Below are positions 58,795 through 64,000 of a DNA stretch of 64,000 bases, piece after piece; within the stretch, counting starts at the first letter, position 1; the number at the start of each line of letters is the position of its first letter. The notes beneath the pieces are model-generated. The model was not told the origin of the DNA, ran no database searches, and saw only the letters and a list, made by a program, of their open reading frames with translations. The position numbers and the translations under genes were made by a program. Origin of the DNA: Calditrichia bacterium (GTDB lineage: Bacteria; Calditrichota; Calditrichia; RBG-13-44-9; J075); the NCBI GenBank assembly GCA_050633245.1, contig JBOEGD010000009.1, positions 32,001 through 96,000 on the forward strand. Direction: 5' to 3'.

Positions 58795-58949
58795 ACGCTT
58801 CCGCCTGCACAGTATGGGAAATCCTGTTCTATTATATCAAGATTACTAATCACTCGCGGAAAGATCAATCCCCCAATTATGGCATTTATCGTCTTTCAGC
58901 TGTCCGGTGAACTACAGAATATGCCTGAAAAGGCACTTCATCAAAAAAA

Positions 58950-58982
58950 ACACAAGGATTCCACAGGTTTCCCACAGGCAAT
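58950..58982 (+). promoter_or_regulatory. 11-bp-spaced direct repeats, likely operator of the winged-helix regulator
   Basis: ACACAAG (58950), CCACAGG (58961) and CCACAGG (58972) in the divergent intergenic region. Confidence 0.6.
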
Positions 58983-59054
58983 TCCGCCGGCCCTCATTTA
59001 CCTTATTTGCCATAACAAACGAATAACGTTGTTTTAATGATTCCGGAGGATTAT

Positions 59055-60200
59055 ATGAATCGTATGTTTACAATTTTAGCAGTGCTTATATTTTGTGGGG
59101 CCCCGGCGTTACATTCGCAGACGGTGGAAACCGTTCTCCAGACAAATAATTTCATCACCGACTACCTGGTTGTCGGACCGGAAGGAAATGTGTATCACGC
59201 AGATCGTTCCCAGACAATTCACAAGATTACACCGGACGGCGTCGCCTCAGTATTCGCCAGCAGCAGCAGTTTCAACTTTGTTACCGGAATGGCATTCGAC
59301 TCAAACAACAATCTTTACGTCGCCAGTTCTAATAGCTCAACTATTTTTCGAGTGGCACCGGACGGCACGATCAGCAATTTTTATTCGGGGCTGAGCGATT
59401 TCGGATATGGTTTGGATATCGATAATCAGGATAATGTATATATCGCTTTGTGGTTCACCGGTACGGTGGCTAAAATCACCCCGGGAGGAACGTTGACCAC
59501 TTATGCTACCGGATTAGGTGAAGGTGCGGTAGACGTTGTCTTTGATGAAAACGGTGACATGTACAGCGCAAATTTTCTGAACGGTAACATTTTTCATACC
59601 GATTCCAATGGAAACACAACAATGATCGCCTCCATCGGCACAGTAGCCGGTTATTTGACGTATGCTGCGGGCAATCTTTACGCAAGTGGCTATCAATCGC
59701 ACTATATTTACCAAATATCTCCGACCGGGCTGATCACACAATTTTCCGGCACCGGGACGCCCGGCACAGATGACGGACCTATTGCAGCAGCACAATTCAA
59801 CGTGCCAAACGGCATTGCCGCCACTGCATCCGGGGACACCATTTACATTTCGCACGACAGCGGAGATCGCCGACTGCGCAGGATTGTCGGAGTAAACGTC
59901 AGTACGTCGTTGGAAGACCCTGCCAGTCCGGCTCCACAGGAATTCCAATTATTCGCAAACTATCCCAACCCCTTTAATCCTACGACACGTATCCAATACA
60001 GGATTCCAACCACCGCGGCAGTTCAATTGCAGGTTTATGATGTATCGGGGAGAGAGGTCGCTACACTGATCGATGCGGTTCAGGCAGCTGGAACGCACGA
60101 AGTGGACTTCTCCGGTGAGGAACTGGTTTCCGGTATCTATCTGTATCGCTTAACCACCGGCGAGTTTTCAGCAATGCGGCGCATGGTTCTGGTCAAATAA
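59055..60200 (+). CDS. Secreted NHL/SMP-30-like beta-propeller protein with C-terminal sorting (T9SS type A/FlgD-like) domain
   Basis: Signal peptide, G-x-A-x-D-xx-(G/N)-N-L-Y-V repeats, and NYPNPFNP...VYDVSGREV...SGIYLYRL. ATG at 59055 follows GGAGG. Confidence 0.85.
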   Translation: MNRMFTILAVLIFCGAPALHSQTVETVLQTNNFITDYLVVGPEGNVYHADRSQTIHKITPDGVASVFASSSSFNFVTGMAFDSNNNLYVASSNSSTIFRVAPDGTISNFYSGLSDFGYGLDIDNQDNVYIALWFTGTVAKITPGGTLTTYATGLGEGAVDVVFDENGDMYSANFLNGNIFHTDSNGNTTMIASIGTVAGYLTYAAGNLYASGYQSHYIYQISPTGLITQFSGTGTPGTDDGPIAAAQFNVPNGIAATASGDTIYISHDSGDRRLRRIVGVNVSTSLEDPASPAPQEFQLFANYPNPFNPTTRIQYRIPTTAAVQLQVYDVSGREVATLIDAVQAAGTHEVDFSGEELVSGIYLYRLTTGEFSAMRRMVLVK

Positions 60201-60270
60201 CGGTGCTGCTACGATTGTTCCAGAAGCGGGATTCACCTCACTTCCTGTGCTGAACCTCCCAGGATGCCCG

Positions 60271-60302
60271 ATCTTGCCTGAATAGATTCAAGCAAGATTT
60301 TT
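60271..60302 (+). terminator. Rho-independent terminator
   Basis: ATCTTGC..TGAAT-AG-ATTCA..GCAAGAT hairpin followed by a T-run. Confidence 0.65.
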
Positions 60303-60822
60303 GTACAAGGCCAGAGCAGGCATATTAAAATGTCTGCTCTGGCCTTGTACCGGGAATGAGGTACACCAGGATGCATATACTTCACGAACAGATCCAGGTG
60401 ATCAACCTTTGCATTGCTCTGGGGTTAGTTTTTCTCGATTCACTTCTAGACACCCAAAAACCTGCATTCTCGCTTGGCTTAAATAGCCCCACCTCCCGCT
60501 TGATACTTTCCTCGGATATATTTATTATTATGGACTTCCCGGACTTAACGGGATTTTCTAGATACTGCTATATATAGTACTGAACAGGAGCCGGCGTAGA
60601 GTAGATTGTAATAGGTGATTGGCATAGTTTATTTCTCTTATTTGCTATTTCTTGCTTCAAAGTTAAAACCCCAAAATACAACCAACAATCCACTTTTAAG
60701 TTAGTTGGGAAAATCAGTTTTTAACTTTTGTTCAAAAGTTGGACAGTATTTCCAAAAAGAATAATTAAATGATAACAGAGTGAGGCCTAATTTTCGCTCT
60801 AACTGTTAAACAGGATTATAAT

Positions 60823-61362
60823 ATGGATGTTATTAAAGAATTGTACAGTAGAATTGAAAACGTAAATTTGTGGGACGGAAGTGTTTTATTAAAGAGAAAT
60901 GAATTTTTGAAAGATGCCGGAGCTATAGATAACAACCTATATTACATTTTATCTGGTAGCCTAAAAATGTCAATCATAAATAAGAATAAAGAAAACATTA
61001 TTCGTTTGGGGTATAAAAATAACTTTATGGCATCTTTAGATAGTTTTATTACTGGAAAACCATCTGATTTTTGTATACAGGCTATTAGAAAAACCAAATT
61101 AAAATTTATCTCAAAGGAAAGTCATTCAAAATTGATCAATCAAAATGCGGAGACACAACTTCTTTGGAGTAAAATTCTGGAACAATTGGTCTTACAACAG
61201 ATAGAAAGGGAAAAAGACATATTTATTACTTCTCCAAAAGAGCGGTTTAAAAAAGTACTCGAAAGGAGTCCAAATCTATTTCAGGAAGTTCCCGCTAAAT
61301 ACATCGCCTCTTACTTGAGAATGACCCCTGAGACACTTTCAAGACTAAGAAGTCTTGATTAG
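60823..61362 (+). CDS. Crp/Fnr family transcriptional regulator
   Basis: cNMP-like domain and the Bacteroidota-style HTH KYIASYLRMTPETLSR. Confidence 0.9.
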   Translation: MDVIKELYSRIENVNLWDGSVLLKRNEFLKDAGAIDNNLYYILSGSLKMSIINKNKENIIRLGYKNNFMASLDSFITGKPSDFCIQAIRKTKLKFISKESHSKLINQNAETQLLWSKILEQLVLQQIEREKDIFITSPKERFKKVLERSPNLFQEVPAKYIASYLRMTPETLSRLRSLD

Positions 61363-61368
61363 GATCAA
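61355..61368. promoter_or_regulatory. FNR/Crp-type box overlapping the regulator stop codon
   Basis: TTGAT-TAGG-ATCAA, with a Bacteroidota-like TATATTTG element at 61418-61425. Confidence 0.65.
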
Positions 61369-61547
61369 TAAATAGCCCCCTCACCAGAAAGTTCTTAAGC
61401 ATCGAAGAACAAACTCTTATATTTGAACCTCAGAAAATATTTCAATTAATAAAGCCCTTCGGAGATCCAAGTGTTTGTTTGAGAATCCTTACAGGTAGTT
61501 GTTTGTAGTTTTGAACATTCCTCTCCCAAATAATACTGGTGATAAAA

Positions 61548-62624
61548 ATGAACAAAGAAATATTAATTGTTGGAGCCGGTCCCTCAGGCCTTTCTATGGC
61601 AATTTTTCTAAATGAACTAGGGTATAGACCTAGGATTATAGACAAAAAGAGTAAAATCAGCGAATATTCAAAGGCGTTGGGTGTTAATCCAAGAACACTT
61701 GAAATCTTTGAATCCTTCGGTATTACAGAAGCCTTTTTGAGTAATGGGAGACAAATGAATGCAATAAATATATGGCGTGAAGATAAACATGTTTTGAGAA
61801 ACGACTTTCGAAAGGCGAAGCACAAATACCCATTTATGCTTATTCAACCCCAAAAAGAATCAGAAGAAATCTTATTGAATGAGCTTAATAAGAGAAATAT
61901 AAAATTAGAATATGACACCGATTTTACTTCGGTAAAAGTTGATAAAAATCAACACAAAGCTTTAATTCAGAAAAGTTCTCAGCACCATGAAATTCCGTAT
62001 GACTATTTGATAGGCGCAGATGGTGGGCAAAGCAAGGTTAGAGAATTATCAGGCCTTAAATATGAAGGGCTCCGATATGATGAAGAATGGGAATTATATG
62101 ATATTGAATTAGAAATGGAACTAGATCAGGATGAGGGACATATCCGATTATTTCCTGAAGGTGGTGTGTTAATGATTAGGCTAAAAGGTAATGTATGGAG
62201 AGTGGCTGGCAGGATGAATTCAATTCTAAATTATTTGCCTAAAAATACAAAGTTAGGGACGATAACGTGGGAATCTAAATTTAGAATTCATCATAAAATA
62301 GCTACGAAATTAATTTCTGAAAATACTGGAATAATAGGCGATGCTGCTCATTTGCACTCGCCTGTTGGAGCAAGGGGAATGAATTTGGGAATTGAGGATG
62401 CTTATATTCTGTCAAACTTAATTAAAGATGGCAATTTTAGCATGTTCGATGAGGTGCGAAGACCCTATCTTGTCAACACCGTTAATAGGATAAATAATTT
62501 AACAATGGGATTAGCGGGCACTTCCAAAATGTCAAAAATTATGCGTAGTAATATTGGAGTTTTAAAGTTTTTTGCTCCTTTGATTATGCCAAAAGCAAGG
62601 AAGTTTATTTTGGGAATAAACTAG
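61548..62624 (+). CDS. FAD-dependent monooxygenase (FAD_binding_3 family)
   Basis: GAGPSG, IGADGGQS and GDAAHLHSPVGARGMNLGIEDA motifs. Confidence 0.9.
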   Translation: MNKEILIVGAGPSGLSMAIFLNELGYRPRIIDKKSKISEYSKALGVNPRTLEIFESFGITEAFLSNGRQMNAINIWREDKHVLRNDFRKAKHKYPFMLIQPQKESEEILLNELNKRNIKLEYDTDFTSVKVDKNQHKALIQKSSQHHEIPYDYLIGADGGQSKVRELSGLKYEGLRYDEEWELYDIELEMELDQDEGHIRLFPEGGVLMIRLKGNVWRVAGRMNSILNYLPKNTKLGTITWESKFRIHHKIATKLISENTGIIGDAAHLHSPVGARGMNLGIEDAYILSNLIKDGNFSMFDEVRRPYLVNTVNRINNLTMGLAGTSKMSKIMRSNIGVLKFFAPLIMPKARKFILGIN

Positions 62625-63123
62625 TGCAAACTGTGCCAATCGGTAGATGAAAAGTGTTGCGCGTTTTTAGCCTCTGGAAAGGTAAAAAGGGTTATAAAGC
62701 ACTCTTACAGCTTTTCAGTTCGCAATTGTACGATAGCAGATGAGGGATGATATGTCAAAAAAAAATTACCTCTGACGGTCAAATTATAGCACAAACAGAG
62801 TATTTTAGAAGAAGAAAGAGAAGGTTTTTAAAGCACAAAGAATACTGCCAAGTACCTGTTTTTTCCTGACTATACCGGGAGCAAAACTCACTCGGCACTT
62901 CCTGTACCTCGCCCTACGGGCTGCCCATTCGAGTAGTGCAAATGTGCAATCCTGCACCTTTGTCAAACCCGCACTTGCTTGCCCATACTGGATTTTGAAT
63001 ACTATTTTTTAAATGTGGATTCGCTTTATCTTACTCAGCGCCTGACCCGGCAGAAACATCTATAAAATTGTGCCAATGGAATACTGATAGTCGTGCCTGA
63101 TTACGTCTGGGAGGTCTTTGCGG

Positions 63124-63360
63124 TTATGAGTATATGAGGTATTCTTCCATAGCTTCGTAAAGCTGTTTGGAGTTCTTTTGGAAGCTAAGGAGACCAGTAG
63201 GATCGAGGGCACCGCGCTGGATGAGGAATTCGATGTCGGTCTTAAGTTTATGGGCGCTGCGCTTATCTTCAACCCGAAGCGAGCGGCGATAGCGCTTGCC
63301 CTCGATGTAGAAGGTAATCTTCCAGTACTTCTCACCTTTGGGTTTGTCTATGCTGCTCAT
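63124..63360 (-). pseudogene. Truncated tyrosine integrase (N-terminal arm-binding region only)
   Basis: YWKITFYIEGKRYRRSL...A...K..IE followed by ..L.EA.EEYL, then a stop. No catalytic domain follows. Confidence 0.6.
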
Positions 63361-63404
63361 TGGGGTGCCTGAATTTTAGTTACATGACAAACATCTTCTA
63401 ATGA

Positions 63405-63812
63405 TTATCGGTTTAGTTTCAGATCTAGTTGACCAGGCTCTTTATGTAAGTAAGCAAAAGATTGTGGAGGCTTAATTCCATATTCTTGTTCAATAGACAA
63501 TTGATCAGGATACTTTTTTGTCTTTTTAATCTTTATAGCATACCCAGCTTCTTTACCATCAAAGTAGCTCATGTAGTACTCTTTGCTAATCCCAGCATGT
63601 TCTTCTGTTGTTTGCCATAACTCATCAATATCAGAGTGAATTACATGATCAATTTCAAACTCACCTATAACTTTACTTATTGGAGCAGAAGCATACACTA
63701 CAACCTTATTCACGGATGGATTCTTAAAAAGAGATCTTCTAAATTCATACTTTTTTGAGCCATTGAAAATCTTCGTTGCAAATTCAGGTTTAATCGATAA
63801 AATAACTTTCAT
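63405..63812 (-). CDS. ASCH domain protein
   Basis: LSIKPEFATKIFNGSKKYEFRR, VYASAP and PPQSFAY motifs. Confidence 0.9.
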   Translation of the reverse strand: MKVILSIKPEFATKIFNGSKKYEFRRSLFKNPSVNKVVVYASAPISKVIGEFEIDHVIHSDIDELWQTTEEHAGISKEYYMSYFDGKEAGYAIKIKKTKKYPDQLSIEQEYGIKPPQSFAYLHKEPGQLDLKLNR

Positions 63813-63999
63813 CTGCTTTAGACTCCTTTAAGATCGTGTTAAAGTGATCTAATGTGAGGGGCTCAAACCCTCTTGGCGCACTATTAATGTCTTTAATGAT
63901 CCCAAGCTCGATCAATCTAGCTAAATTAATCTTATTAGGAAACGTTTGAACATAAAGAAAATTAACTATAAACGGAGGATGTTTTTTATTGTAATACCA
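63790..63999 (-). CDS. C-terminal fragment (window edge) of a PIN/GNAT-type partner of ASCH
   Basis: My translation: WYYNKKHPPFIVNFLYVQTFPNKINLARLIELGIIKDINSAPRGFEPLTLDHFNTILKESKADESYFID*. It overlaps the ASCH start by 23 nt. The family call is from recalled similarity only. Confidence 0.55.
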   Translation of the reverse strand, partial: WYYNKKHPPFIVNFLYVQTFPNKINLARLIELGIIKDINSAPRGFEPLTLDHFNTILKESKADESYFID

Positions 64000-64000
64000 A

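Larger units (their letters stand above)
60617..62641. mobile_element. AT-rich acquired block bounded by 14-bp inverted repeats
   Basis: GATTGGCATAGTTT (60617-60630) and AAACTGTGCCAATC (62628-62641) match as reverse complements at 13 of 14 bases. Composition inside is visibly AT-richer. Confidence 0.55.

Noticed and set aside
61548-62624. Calling the monooxygenase TetX or Rox
   Set aside because: Only generic FAD-monooxygenase motifs are visible, so the substrate cannot be assigned.
60617-63078. TTGGCAC/TTGGCAT copies as sigma54 promoters
   Set aside because: None has a correctly spaced -12 element; they are interpreted as recombination-type sites instead.

Overview
This is a 64 kb bacterial chromosome window. 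The gene set and the C-terminal 'NYPNPFNP' sorting domain suggest an FCB-associated lineage such as Calditrichota (inference). Positions 1-20.4 kb hold a housekeeping block: diguanylate cyclase-bshA-degenerate formiminotransferase, hisS, yraN, folD-ymdB-rny, an unannotated 6S RNA, zapA/zapB-like, pheTS, rplT-rpmI-infC (AUC start)-thrS and tRNA-Val(GAC). Positions 20.6-50.8 kb hold envelope and glycosylation genes: O-antigen ligase-TPR, two DUF4397 lipoproteins behind a sigma54-type promoter, a surface-glycan cluster, a hybrid kinase, accA, and a same-strand run with polyprenol-P-Man synthase, a flippase-like protein, DUF2723 (TMEM260-like) and GT2. That run is a candidate protein O-mannosylation system. 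Positions 50.9-64 kb are accessory: a sensor-less sigma54 activator with an apparently complete target promoter in front of an orphan lipoprotein, an ECF sigma/anti-sigma pair, a pentapeptide + TIR/NDT-like protein, and a wHTH-TolB membrane regulator with 11-bp-spaced repeats. They also include an AT-rich Crp/monooxygenase block bounded by 14-bp inverted repeats, an integrase remnant and an ASCH module cut by the window edge. Short 7/8-nt tandem repeats and REP-like palindromes recur at gene ends. No CRISPR array or rRNA was seen. All family calls come from motif recognition, not database searches.
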